From: Terriglobia bacterium
GTDB lineage: Bacteria; Acidobacteriota; Terriglobia; 20CM-2-55-15
Reading direction: 5' to 3'
DNA length: 64,000 nucleotides
Assembly: GCA_965218585.1 (NCBI GenBank)
Contig: CBDCLE010000010.1
Coordinates: 1-64,000 of the forward strand
Shown here: in pieces, positions 1 to 9,584 of the stretch
How the letters are laid out: every line of letters starts with the position of its first letter
Position numbering within the stretch: position 1 is the stretch's first letter
The notes under the pieces: generated by a model
Database searches by the model: none
The model's input: the letters and a program-made list of their open reading frames with translations, nothing else
Told to the model about the DNA's origin: nothing
Position numbers and translations under genes: made by a program

Positions 1-260
1 ATCGAAACCTGCAGGCGCTTCCTCTGCGCTGCTGAGAACCGACCCGATCCCCTGCGCCAAAATCGACTCGCTCTTTTCGGCTCCGCCGAGGTTTGTCTCA
101 GTGCGTTTCGTCACCCTCTTCTGAACCCGAAAACGCAGCAACTCCCGCTTGTCGACACCGCCGAGTCACGCCACACATGCCCAATTCGAACCCAGATCCT
201 CCCGAATCCGATTCTTACTGCCCAAATCCCCCTGATCGCCGGACTGGTGAAACATGCGGG
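1..260 (+). mobile_element. Right end of IS1380-family element (copy 1, runs off window)
   Basis: Matches the 3' end of the copy at 7798-9534; ends GGTGAAACATGCGGG followed by CTAG (261-264). Confidence 0.92.
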
Positions 261-1252
261 CTAGTTGTGTAGTGGACCTTCCCGAACAATTCGCCCTCGG
301 CCTTCAGGCGGTCAACAACCGTTTCGTGTGCTTTATCCCAGATACAGTCGATTCCAACCCACTGTCGGCCCAATCGGTCGGCGGCTACGCACGTTGTAGC
401 GCAACCAGCGAAAGGGTCAAGAACTATGTCGCCTTTGTTCGAACTGGCCTTTATGATGCGCTCGTAGAGAGCAATAGGCTTCTGCGTCGGGTAGCCGGTG
501 CTGGTCTTGTCAGAGTTATTGAGTTTATCAATAGGCCATACATCGTCTAGAGGAACGCCATACCGCATCGCAGCATCGAGATACCGGCGAACTCGCTTTC
601 CTCCGCCTGCGTCCGATAGAACGTATTCGCGGCCATCATCATCCCGGCTGACCTTCTGCTTGCGAAACGCGGATATATTCGTCCTTGTCCCTCCACGGGC
701 GCGTCGGATAGTCGAAAATTCCCTTAGCTGATAGTGCATAGAACAGGATTAGATCGTGACGCCTCTCCAGGTGTCCGCGCAGACGCTTATTCCATCCAGA
801 GTAATGCCACACAATCTCATTCCTGAACTGCCTCCACCCGAAGATCGCATCCATGACGGCTTTCAGGTAGTGGCTTGCCGTTGGATCGCAGTGGAGGTAG
901 ATTGAGCCGGTTGGCTTGAGAACGCGGCGCATGGCTAGCAACCGGACAGCCATGAAGCACATGAACGCACCCATGCCGTCACTGTGGGCGTAACGGGCGC
1001 TTTCGATAGCTTCCATGAGGCGCGGGTGATCGTCCGTGATCTGGTCTACCCAGTCTTGGTGAACGTCACGATCCCAAGACCAGCGGTCTTGAAACTTGGC
1101 ACCTTCGCTAAACTGTCAGGGGTGGCGTGGAAGTCTCGGCCCTTGTTGAACGGCGGGTCGGTAGCTATGAGGTCAACCGTCTCCGAGTCCATGCCCCGTA
1201 GAACAGGGAGGTTGTCGCCGTGGAACAGGGTGCGGTTTTTCCAGTTCGGCAC
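261..1252 (-). pseudogene. Site-specific DNA methyltransferase (N6/N4, beta-class motif order), two frameshifts, 3' end cut by IS1380
   Basis: Three ORF fragments (1046-1252, 639-1016, 215-739) carry GDNL, DLIATDPPF, LKPTGSIYLHCD, GYPTQKP and VLDPFAGCATT; frameshifts near 1100 and 668 lie in short homopolymers. Confidence 0.88.
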
Positions 1253-1258
1253 GTCGAA

Positions 1259-1287
1259 TTTGTAACATGCTGTTGATAACCTGTCAA
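1259..1287 (-). promoter_or_regulatory. Putative sigma70 promoter for the methyltransferase (possibly leaderless mRNA)
   Basis: Minus strand TTGACA-17 nt-TACAAA with TG extension; predicted +1 falls at about the GTG start (1252). Confidence 0.45.
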
Positions 1288-1311
1288 CGTTTGCTTATAA
1301 TCCCCGTTGAT

Positions 1312-1468
1312 TTCCCGGGCCATGATGGAATTCGCTTCGCGGGGTGCCATCCGATAAAAACGGCCTCAAAGGGCCACAGGACTTGCCGGCGTTTCCCCGC
1401 GTCGGTCTGACCGTTGTGCCATCAAATCAAAACATCATCGCAGCCAGCTGAACGGTAGTTCGGACTCC
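1312..1468 (-). ncRNA. Putative bridge/seekRNA-encoding non-coding region of the IS1111-type element
   Basis: Non-coding stretch directly 3' of the recombinase (GATGGCACAACGGTCAGACCG...GGCCCTTTGAGGCC...GAATTCCATCATGGCCCGGG), at the position known for IS1111-group guide RNAs. Confidence 0.55.
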
Positions 1469-1471
1469 GGG

Positions 1472-2506
1472 TCAGGCCGCCTGGTACTCGACCCGGTAAT
1501 CACAGTCCCGTTTCCAGACCGCCCACACTCGTCGAGCCAACTTGTTCGCCAAAGCGACGGTCGCCTTATTGTGTCCACGGAGCTTGTGAAGGTGGAGACC
1601 CCACCGCTGGAGCCGAGTCGGGGTCGCGCTCTTTCGATGGGCATTCCACAACAGGGAACGGCCTCCGTGGATGAGCAGCATCCGCAGGTATCGATCCCCT
1701 CGTTTACTGATTCGTCCCAGGCGTCGTTGGTTTCCACTGGAATACTCCCGCGGTGTAAGGCCCAGATAGCTGGCAAAGTGGCGACAGGATCGAAAACGTC
1801 GGATGTCGCCGACAAAACCCACCATCGCTGTAGCCGTCAACAGCCCCACTCCAGGAATGGTGCGCAAGCGTTCGACTTCGGGCATCTGAGAGGCTAGGGC
1901 TTTCAGTTCCCGTTCCACCGATTGGATGTGAGACTCCAGTTCACCTATCTCTCCACACACCTGATGAAACATCTCCCGAACGACCGGAGGAATATCGGTG
2001 TCGGCGTCTTCGATCAATCCCATCACGCCCGGCAACAGATGTCGGGCGCCTATCGGGATCACGAAACCAAACTCTCTGAGCAGACCTCGAAGCATGTTGA
2101 TCCGCTTGGTTCGGCTCTCGATCCACGTGGACCGGATTCGATGCAGGGCCGTCAATTGTTGTTGTGCGATCGTCTTGATCGGAACGGGATGTATCGCGCT
2201 GTTGCGATAGGCCTCCAATAGTCCCTTCACATCGGCCCGGTCGGTCTTGTTCCGCACCACGTAGGGCGTCACATACTGCGGGGAGATCAATACCACCGTG
2301 TGCCCCAGCTTCTCGAACTGCCGCCCCCAGTGATGGGCTGAACCACACGCTTCCATTACCACCGTCGCCGGCTCCTGCTTGGCGAAGAACTCTAAAAGCT
2401 TTCCCCGACTCAATCGATACGTCTTGTCTACTCGTCCCGGACGAGTCGAAATCCCAACCTCGAAAACATTCTTTGCCAGATCCACTGCAATCGTTCTATT
2501 CTTCAT
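1472..2506 (-). CDS. IS110-family DEDD recombinase/transposase
   Basis: IAVDLAKNVF, VVMEACG, KTDRAD, TIPGVG, YLGLTPREYSSG, GRISKRGDRYLR motifs; AAGGAG RBS before ATG 2506. Confidence 0.95.
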   Translation of the reverse strand: MKNRTIAVDLAKNVFEVGISTRPGRVDKTYRLSRGKLLEFFAKQEPATVVMEACGSAHHWGRQFEKLGHTVVLISPQYVTPYVVRNKTDRADVKGLLEAYRNSAIHPVPIKTIAQQQLTALHRIRSTWIESRTKRINMLRGLLREFGFVIPIGARHLLPGVMGLIEDADTDIPPVVREMFHQVCGEIGELESHIQSVERELKALASQMPEVERLRTIPGVGLLTATAMVGFVGDIRRFRSCRHFASYLGLTPREYSSGNQRRLGRISKRGDRYLRMLLIHGGRSLLWNAHRKSATPTRLQRWGLHLHKLRGHNKATVALANKLARRVWAVWKRDCDYRVEYQAA

Positions 2507-2703
2507 TTCGGACTCCTTTTTGTTCACACTTAAGCGTGTTTGGCCCGCACTTGTTGTGAGGCCCAAAATGACTTTGGCACTTTGATGCCGACTCAGTCAT
2601 CAAAGAGGAGTCCATCTCATCAATAAATCATCTTGTAGGACATTGAGAATTTCAGTGAACGAAAACTCTACTCTCGCCTGCCGTTCCTCGATTGAACCTC
2701 TAG

Positions 2704-4440
2704 CCCGCATGTTTCACCAGTCCGGCGATCAGGGGGATTTGGGCAGTAAGAATCGGATTCGGGAGGATCTGGGTTCGAATTGGGCATGTGTGGCGTGACT
2801 CGGCGGTGTCGACAAGCGGGAGTTGCTGCGTTTTCGGGTTCAGAAGAGGGTGACGAAACGCACTGAGACAAACCTCGGCGGAGCCGAAAAGAGCGAGTCG
2901 ATTTTGGCGCAGGGGATCGGGTCGGTTCTCAGCAGCGCAGAGGAAGCGCCTGCAGGTTTCGATGGACGAGGGCAAAGACCTCGGCGTAGGGATAGGCTTC
3001 CGACATGGAGATCCAGATGTTGCGAACCGTCAGACGGACTTGAGCTCCGATCTTGAGGAGCTTCAAGCGGATCGTCTGGCACTGAGCGCGGGCCAGATCG
3101 GTATTCTTCAGTCCCAGACGGCGTAACGCGTGCAGGAGCATGTAGGCGGCCGAGGACAGATAGAGCCGGAGTTGATTGGCGCGCATGGTTGCCGCGCTGG
3201 TCCGGTCGGCGAATAGATCCAACTGCTGTTCCTTGATGCGATTTTCCATGTCGCCCCGCGCACAGTAAAAGTCTTCATAGAGGGCGCGGGCGTCCAGGCG
3301 TTCCGGCGACAGTGAGGTCACAACGAATCGAGGATTGGCGCCTTTCTCCAGGAACTCGGCCTTGCCGATGACGCGTCGGGTGCAGGTCCAGCTCTTCCGA
3401 GTGCGATACCGGAAATCGTTAAACACCCGCGCCGGTTTCCCGGTGTCGTTAAACTCGGCTTCGGCCTGACTCATCGATTCAGCGATCTCGCGCTTGAGCC
3501 GATCGTTCTTGGCCAGACCCACCACGTAATCGACCTGGTGGGCCTCGCACCAACTCAGCAATTCATCCCGGCAAAAGCCCGAGTCGGCCCGGATGATAAT
3601 CGACACCTCCGGCCAGCTCTGCCGGATCTGGCCGATGATGCGGTTCAATTCCTCGACGGCGCCGTCCGCACCGTCGACATTGGAGCACCGCAACCGGGCG
3701 CATAGCAGATGCTCTCCCGAAAAGATGTAGAGCGGCAGATAACAGTAGTTGCCGTAGTAGCCGTGAAAGAACCGTCCTTCCTGATGGCCATGGATCGGAT
3801 CATCGGTCGCATCCAGGTCCAGAACAATCTCCTCGGGCGCCGATCCGTGAGCCGCCACAAATGCATCCACCATCCAGCGGTCGATCTTGTCCGGGTCCAT
3901 GGCAATCTTCTTGTACCGCTCCTTCCCATCGACTTGCTCCCCGGTCAGTTCCAACCGGTTCAGCGTACACTTGCCCGCCAACGCTTTTCCCCGGTCTCGG
4001 GCCTGCCGCCGCTTCTCCCCCAGTGGATCGGCCTTATCCACCGCCACGGCCAGCATCGGATCGGTCCGCAGTTGGTCATGATCGTTCAGATCCTCGTAGC
4101 CCAGACAGAGTCCGTAGACGCGCTGCCCCAATAACTCGCTCACCGTGTGTTCGATCAACCTCGCGTCCCGGTAATCCCTGAAACACTCGGCCAGTCCGGC
4201 GATCAGACCCGTTCGCTTTTCCACTTCCCTCAACAGCAGAACCCCAGCGTCGGAGGTGATCTTTCCGCCGTCAAAACGCGCCTTCACTTTTCGTTGAAGA
4301 AGTCCGTGAAATTCGAACGTCGTTTGGTTACACTCTGTTCTCATAAGGGCCGTCTCCGTTTGGCTTGTTAAACGTTTATTTCAAAACGCTTTATGCCAGA
4401 CAGGGCGGCCTTTTCTGGTCCTATCGGTGAAATATGCGGG
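2704..4440 (-). mobile_element. IS1380-family element (copy 2, 1737 bp)
   Basis: IRs CCCGCAT(A/G)TTTCACC; CTAG on both flanks (2700-2703, 4441-4444); near-identical to 7798-9534. Confidence 0.95.
2929..4344 (-). CDS. IS1380-family DDE transposase
   Basis: FDGGKITSDAG, LDLDATDDPIHGHQEG, RADSGF, RGDMENRIKEQQLDLFADRTS motifs. Confidence 0.95.
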   Translation of the reverse strand: MRTECNQTTFEFHGLLQRKVKARFDGGKITSDAGVLLLREVEKRTGLIAGLAECFRDYRDARLIEHTVSELLGQRVYGLCLGYEDLNDHDQLRTDPMLAVAVDKADPLGEKRRQARDRGKALAGKCTLNRLELTGEQVDGKERYKKIAMDPDKIDRWMVDAFVAAHGSAPEEIVLDLDATDDPIHGHQEGRFFHGYYGNYCYLPLYIFSGEHLLCARLRCSNVDGADGAVEELNRIIGQIRQSWPEVSIIIRADSGFCRDELLSWCEAHQVDYVVGLAKNDRLKREIAESMSQAEAEFNDTGKPARVFNDFRYRTRKSWTCTRRVIGKAEFLEKGANPRFVVTSLSPERLDARALYEDFYCARGDMENRIKEQQLDLFADRTSAATMRANQLRLYLSSAAYMLLHALRRLGLKNTDLARAQCQTIRLKLLKIGAQVRLTVRNIWISMSEAYPYAEVFALVHRNLQALPLRC

Positions 4441-4560
4441 CTAGTGGTGTCCTGAGCTCTCGCCTCGCTTGACGGCTGCGATAACAGCGATCGTGACCAA
4501 AATCAGCACGGGGGCGAGAACGAGAACTCCGGTCCCCAGAGCAGCAAAGATATCGGACAT
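4441..4560 (-). CDS. Small 39-aa single-pass membrane protein (MSDIFAALGTGVLVLAPVLILVTIAVIAAVKRGESSGHH)
   Basis: Read by hand (below ORF-track cutoff); AAGGAG RBS upstream; ~22-residue hydrophobic run followed by KR; TAG stop coincides with the IS1380 CTAG target. Confidence 0.65.
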   Translation of the reverse strand: MSDIFAALGTGVLVLAPVLILVTIAVIAAVKRGESSGHH

Positions 4561-4696
4561 TAAGCCTTCTCCTTCAGTAGTTAACAGCCCTCGACCTGTA
4601 CCCGGGCGAGTCGGCTTCGTCGATCATCCCAAAAAAACAGCGGCGCCACAATAGGGAAGTCGAGACTGGGTGCGGCTGTATCTGAGCGTCCCGGTG

Positions 4697-5056
4697 TTCT
4701 GACGCCTTGGGTCCGCCTCGTTCGGTTATGTTTGAACGACGATGGGGACTTGCAGCCCTCACTCACCCGGTCATCCTAACCGAGCGAGGTTCGCCGCCCG
4801 CAGTCTCCTGACGGCGTGCCCTTCTGTTCTTTTGACAGAACGTTCCGGATTCCTCAAAAAGGGCTTGGGATCATCCGATGGCGTGGGGGGACCGGACCGG
4901 CGTTCGAGTTCCCGATAAACATCGAAACACGAAAAGTCAGTGCCCTCTCAGCGTTTGGGTTACAGGGGGACGGTGGGCCCGACGCCAATGACGTCGGCGA
5001 GCTGGCCGGTCGTTAAACAGGATGTCTGAAAGAACGACCGAGCCGAATCTTCTGCA
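4697..5056 (+). repeat. Long copy of dispersed hairpin-rich non-coding repeat
   Basis: 4730-5056 aligns by eye with the reverse complement of 17586-17941; 4697-4722 matches the short repeat head at 27342, 45948 and 50940. Confidence 0.85.
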
Positions 5057-5060
5057 ACTA

Positions 5061-5335
5061 AGCGATCCCTCGAAACCGGCTCCGTGGGCATCCACTCCAC
5101 ATTGCAGATATATGGAAGTTTTGACGCGCCCATGGGCGGCACCAAACTTTCCGGCGTCGGGCGGCGTCACGGGCGGGAGGATATCCGGCGCTTTGCCCAA
5201 CCTCAGACGATCATCACCGGCCCGTCCTTCCTGGGTGGTTATGACTCCCTGGTCGGAAATCTCCAGACTCCCCGGGCCGTCAACCTCATTCGGAAATCCC
5301 TTAGACTCTGGCGTCGCCTTCCGTTCTTCCGATAG
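5061..5335 (+). pseudogene. C-terminal remnant of an aldehyde dehydrogenase (SSADH-like)
   Basis: SLETGSVGIHS...FDAPMGGTKLSGVGRRHG matches the ALDH C-terminal P(F/M)GG.K.SG.GR signature; 5' part absent, breakpoint abuts the repeat. Confidence 0.75.
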
Positions 5336-5468
5336 TGGGGGCACCCCAACTCGGACGACTGAATACGGGCTTCAGACCGTGAACAAACCTGCTTCCAGGG
5401 GAATTCGATCTCCGTCATGGAACTGCCAAATGCTAGAATAGATAGACTAAATTCGTTGAGGAGAACAC

Positions 5469-6431
5469 ATGCTCATCAAGCAGCCAGCCGACATCAGATC
5501 GTCGGAAATAACAGATGAAAACCTGTACAGGAATCGTCGCCAGTTCTTAAAGACTGCGGGATGGGCAACGCTCGCATCGGCCGGCGCCGCCTTCCTGGGG
5601 TCTGGATGTTCCAGTCCGAACCGAGTAGTCTCGGCAGCGCCACAGCTTGGAGAGTTTGACAGCGACGAAGAACCGACGCCGTACGAAGCTGTGACCGGTT
5701 ACAACAACTTCTACGAGTATGGAACCGGCAAAGAGGACCCGGCCCGAAACGCTCACACGCTTCAGCCAAGACCCTGGACAGTTGAAGTGGACGGCCTGGT
5801 CGCCAACCCTGCCACCTATGACCTGGACGACCTGATCGGTGGTTTTACCCTGGAAGACCGGATCTATCGAATGAGATGTGTCGAAGGCTGGTCCATGATT
5901 ATTCCATGGTACGGATTTCCTCTTGCTGACCTGATCTCGAAACTCGACCCGCTGCCCAGCGCCCGGTACATTCGTATGGAAACACTGGTCGACACCGAAC
6001 AGATGCCGGGACAGCGACGTGGCATCTTCGGCTACGTCTTGGATTGGCCATATGTCGAGGGTCTGAGAATGGACGAAGCCATGAACCCCCTTACACTCAT
6101 GGCGGTGGGTGTCTATGGTCAGGAAGGCCCCAACCAGAACGGGGCACCCTTACGTCTCATCGTCCCGTGGAAGTACGGGTTTAAAGGAATTAAGTCCATC
6201 GTCAGGATCAGCTTTGTCGAAGATGAACCCCTCAATACGTGGCAGCAGCAGGCGTCAAACGAGTACGGCTTCTACGCGAATGTGAATCCGAACGTCGATC
6301 ATCCGCGATGGAGTCAGGCCAGGGAACGTCGTATCGGCGAAGTCCTCCGCAGAGAGACGTTGATGTTCAATGGCTATACCGAGCAAGTGGCGCATATGTA
6401 TGAGGGCCTGGACCTGCGAAGAAACTACTAA
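5469..6431 (+). CDS. msrP: Protein-methionine-sulfoxide reductase catalytic subunit (Mo-dependent)
   Basis: MLIK...SSEIT start, Tat motif [44 protein letters not shown]. Confidence 0.96.
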   Translation: MLIKQPADIRSSEITDENLYRNRRQFLKTAGWATLASAGAAFLGSGCSSPNRVVSAAPQLGEFDSDEEPTPYEAVTGYNNFYEYGTGKEDPARNAHTLQPRPWTVEVDGLVANPATYDLDDLIGGFTLEDRIYRMRCVEGWSMIIPWYGFPLADLISKLDPLPSARYIRMETLVDTEQMPGQRRGIFGYVLDWPYVEGLRMDEAMNPLTLMAVGVYGQEGPNQNGAPLRLIVPWKYGFKGIKSIVRISFVEDEPLNTWQQQASNEYGFYANVNPNVDHPRWSQARERRIGEVLRRETLMFNGYTEQVAHMYEGLDLRRNY

Positions 6432-6439
6432 ACGGCAGC

Positions 6440-7090
6440 ATGAGCAGGAATCAGATCCTGAAGTGGGTGGCCAAACTCATGGCGTTCCTGCTCTGCTTCG
6501 CGCCGCTGGCTTTTCTCATCTGGAACTTTTTCGCCGGAAACCTCAGCTTCAATCCGATCGAAGACATTACGCACACGACCGGCCGATGGACGTTGCGCTT
6601 CCTGCTCGCCACCGTTGCCGTCAGCCCCGTTCGAAGGATCACGGGCTTTAAGGAGCTCATCCGTTTTCGGCGCATGCTGGGCCTGTTTGCGTTCTTCTAC
6701 GGCACGGTCCATTTCACGATCTACATCTGGCTGGACCATCTCTTTGATTTTGCGACGATCCTTTTGGATATTCCGGAACGACCGTTTATTACTGCCGGTT
6801 TTACCGCGTTCATCCTGATGGTTCCGCTGGCCCTGACCTCGACGCGGAAATGGATTACCCGCCTGGGAGGCCGACGCTGGCGACTTCTGCATCGGCTGAT
6901 TTATGTGAGTGCGATAGCAGGAGTTCTTCACTATTTGTGGAATGCAAAACTCGTCGAACTCGGGCCGGTCACCTACATAGGAATCCTGGCGATTCTTCTG
7001 GGGTTTCGCCTTCTCTCCCGTTTCAGGCCGGAATTGGCAGCACGAATGGAGTTCAAGAAGGCCAGGCGACCATCGCCCGATGCCATATGA
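6440..7090 (+). CDS. msrQ: Heme-binding membrane subunit of MsrPQ
   Basis: TG.W.L, RRMLGL, HF..Y, PLALTS, W..LHRLIY; follows msrP. Confidence 0.95.
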   Translation: MSRNQILKWVAKLMAFLLCFAPLAFLIWNFFAGNLSFNPIEDITHTTGRWTLRFLLATVAVSPVRRITGFKELIRFRRMLGLFAFFYGTVHFTIYIWLDHLFDFATILLDIPERPFITAGFTAFILMVPLALTSTRKWITRLGGRRWRLLHRLIYVSAIAGVLHYLWNAKLVELGPVTYIGILAILLGFRLLSRFRPELAARMEFKKARRPSPDAI

Positions 7091-7797
7091 AGGAGGAGGT
7101 TCGGGCCGGACCACCTGAAGACGGTCGACGATACAAGTACTACGACCTGGTGATGGCAACTTTCGTCACGGTCCTGGTCTGCTCTAATGTCATCGGTGCG
7201 GCGAAAGTGGCAACGCTCGGGGGCTTCACGTTCGGGGCCGGAGTCCTTTTCTTTCCGATCAGCTATATTTTCAACGACGTTCTGACCGAGGTTTACGGGT
7301 ACGCACGCGCACGTAAGGTCGTGTGGGCCGGCTTCGGGTCATTGATATTCGCTTCGATCATGAGCTTGGTCATAGTCTGGCTTCCTCCCGCAACGGACTG
7401 GCTCGACCAACCGGCCTACCAGACGGTATTTGGACAGACTCCGAGAATCGTCTTCGCTTCGATGGCTGCTTTTTTCGTCGGTGAGCTTTCCAATTCTTAC
7501 GTCCTTGCGAAGATGAAGATTCAGACCGAGGGACGATTTCTCTGGCTGCGGACAATTGGATCCACCATTGTCGGGGAGGGTGTGGACTCGGCAGTCTTCT
7601 ATCCCGTGGCCTTCTTCGGCGTCTGGTCGGGCGACCTGCTGATCCAGGTGATGATCTCCAACTACATCATCAAGGTGGTCTGGGAGGCGGTGATCACGCC
7701 GATCACCTACAGGGTTGTCAGTTTCCTCAAGAAGGCCGAACACGAAGACTATTACGACTACGGAACCGACTTCACTCCGTTTTCGATCAAGGTCTAG
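7087..7797 (+). CDS. Queuosine precursor transporter (Vut_1/YhhQ family)
   Basis: FFPISYIFNDVLTEVYG, LRTIGSTIVGEGVDS, D..TDFTPF; ATG overlaps msrQ stop. Confidence 0.9.
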   Translation: MKEEVRAGPPEDGRRYKYYDLVMATFVTVLVCSNVIGAAKVATLGGFTFGAGVLFFPISYIFNDVLTEVYGYARARKVVWAGFGSLIFASIMSLVIVWLPPATDWLDQPAYQTVFGQTPRIVFASMAAFFVGELSNSYVLAKMKIQTEGRFLWLRTIGSTIVGEGVDSAVFYPVAFFGVWSGDLLIQVMISNYIIKVVWEAVITPITYRVVSFLKKAEHEDYYDYGTDFTPFSIKV

Positions 7798-9534
7798 CCC
7801 GCATATTTCACCAATAGGACCAGAAAAGGCCGCCCTGTCTGGCATAAAGCGTTTTGAAATAAACGTTTAACAAGCCAAACGGAGACGGCCCTTATGAGAA
7901 CAGAGTGTAACCAAACGACGTTCGAATTTCACGGACTTCTTCAACGAAAAGTGAAGGCGCGTTTTGACGGCGGAAAGATCACCTCCGACGCTGGGGTTCT
8001 GCTGTTGAGGGAAGTGGAAAAGCGAACGGGTCTGATCGCCGGACTGGCCGAGTGTTTCAGGGATTACCGGGACGCGAGGTTGATCGAACACACGGTGAGC
8101 GAGTTATTGGGGCAGCGCGTCTACGGACTCTGTCTGGGCTACGAGGATCTGAACGATCATGACCAACTGCGGACCGATCCGATGCTGGCCGTGGCGGTGG
8201 ATAAGGCCGATCCACTGGGGGAGAAGCGGCGGCAGGCCCGAGACCGGGGAAAAGCGTTGGCGGGCAAGTGTACGCTGAACCGGTTGGAACTGACCGGGGA
8301 GCAAGTCGATGGGAAGGAGCGGTACAAGAAGATTGCCATGGACCCGGACAAGATCGACCGCTGGATGGTGGATGCATTTGTGGCGGCTCACGGATCGGCG
8401 CCCGAGGAGATTGTTCTGGACCTGGATGCGACCGATGATCCGATCCATGGCCATCAGGAAGGACGGTTCTTTCACGGCTACTACGGCAACTACTGTTATC
8501 TGCCGCTCTACATCTTTTCGGGAGAGCATCTGCTATGCGCCCGGTTGCGGTGCTCCAATGTCGACGGTGCGGACGGCGCCGTCGAGGAATTGAACCGCAT
8601 CATCGGCCAGATCCGGCAGAGCTGGCCGGAGGTGTCGATTATCATCCGGGCCGACTCGGGCTTTTGCCGGGATGAATTGCTGAGTTGGTGCGAGGCCCAC
8701 CAGGTCGATTACGTGGTGGGTCTGGCCAAGAACGATCGGCTCAAGCGCGAGATCGCTGAATCGATGAGTCAGGCCGAAGCCGAGTTTAACGACACCGGGA
8801 AACCGGCGCGGGTGTTTAACGATTTCCGGTATCGCACTCGGAAGAGCTGGACCTGCACCCGACGCGTCATCGGCAAGGCCGAGTTCCTGGAGAAAGGCGC
8901 CAATCCTCGATTCGTTGTGACCTCACTGTCGCCGGAACGCCTGGACGCCCACGCCCTCTATGAAGACTTTTACTGTGCGCGGGGCGACATGGAAAATCGC
9001 ATCAAGGAACAGCAGTTGGATCTATTCGCCGACCGGACCAGCGCGGCAACCATGCGCGCCAATCAACTCCGGCTCTATCTGTCCTCGGCCGCCTACATGC
9101 TCCTGCACGCGTTACGCCGTCTGGGACTGAAGAATACCGATCTGGCCCGCGCTCAGTGCCAGACGATCCGCTTGAAGCTCCTCAAGATCGGAGCTCAAGT
9201 CCGTCTGACGGTTCGCAACATCTGGATCTCCATGTCGGAAGCCTATCCCTACGCCGAGGTCTTTGCCCTCGTCCATCGAAACCTGCAGGCGCTTCCTCTG
9301 CGCTGCTGAGAACCGACCCGATCCCCTGCGCCAAAATCGACTCGCTCTTTTCGGCTCCGCCGAGGTTTGTCTCAGTGCGTTTCGTCACCCTCTTCTGAAC
9401 CCGAAAACGCAGCAACTCCCGCTTGTCGACACCGCCGAGTCACGCCACACATGCCCAATTCGAACCCAGATCCTCCCGAATCCGATTCTTACTGCCCAAA
9501 TCCCCCTGATCGCCGGACTGGTGAAACATGCGGG
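7798..9534 (+). mobile_element. IS1380-family element (copy 3, 1737 bp)
   Basis: Same IRs as copy 2; CTAG at 7794-7797 and 9535-9538; inverted relative to copy 2. Confidence 0.95.
7894..9309 (+). CDS. IS1380-family DDE transposase
   Basis: Same as the 2929-4344 protein except one R/H change (DARAL vs DAHAL). Confidence 0.95.
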   Translation: MRTECNQTTFEFHGLLQRKVKARFDGGKITSDAGVLLLREVEKRTGLIAGLAECFRDYRDARLIEHTVSELLGQRVYGLCLGYEDLNDHDQLRTDPMLAVAVDKADPLGEKRRQARDRGKALAGKCTLNRLELTGEQVDGKERYKKIAMDPDKIDRWMVDAFVAAHGSAPEEIVLDLDATDDPIHGHQEGRFFHGYYGNYCYLPLYIFSGEHLLCARLRCSNVDGADGAVEELNRIIGQIRQSWPEVSIIIRADSGFCRDELLSWCEAHQVDYVVGLAKNDRLKREIAESMSQAEAEFNDTGKPARVFNDFRYRTRKSWTCTRRVIGKAEFLEKGANPRFVVTSLSPERLDAHALYEDFYCARGDMENRIKEQQLDLFADRTSAATMRANQLRLYLSSAAYMLLHALRRLGLKNTDLARAQCQTIRLKLLKIGAQVRLTVRNIWISMSEAYPYAEVFALVHRNLQALPLRC

Positions 9535-9584
9535 CTAGCGCGGGTCTTGGAATCTGGAAGCACCTCCGCTGTCACGGCTGTTCT

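Larger units (their letters stand above)
1312..2622 (-). mobile_element. IS110-family element, IS1111 subgroup; right end appears truncated
   Basis: Left end TGATGAG-ATGGACTCCTC (subterminal IR at 2605-2615); transposase followed by a ~160-nt non-coding region; no matching right IR found. Confidence 0.75.

Noticed and set aside
4950-5015. Possible group II intron domain V/VI remnant (AGGGGGACGGTGGG...)
   Set aside because: No domain V hairpin with AGC/CGC triad, no GUGCG 5' end and no RT ORF visible
4937-5441. Overlapping 135-139 aa ORFs
   Set aside because: They overlap the non-coding repeat and the ALDH remnant; only the 5084 frame has protein-family motifs
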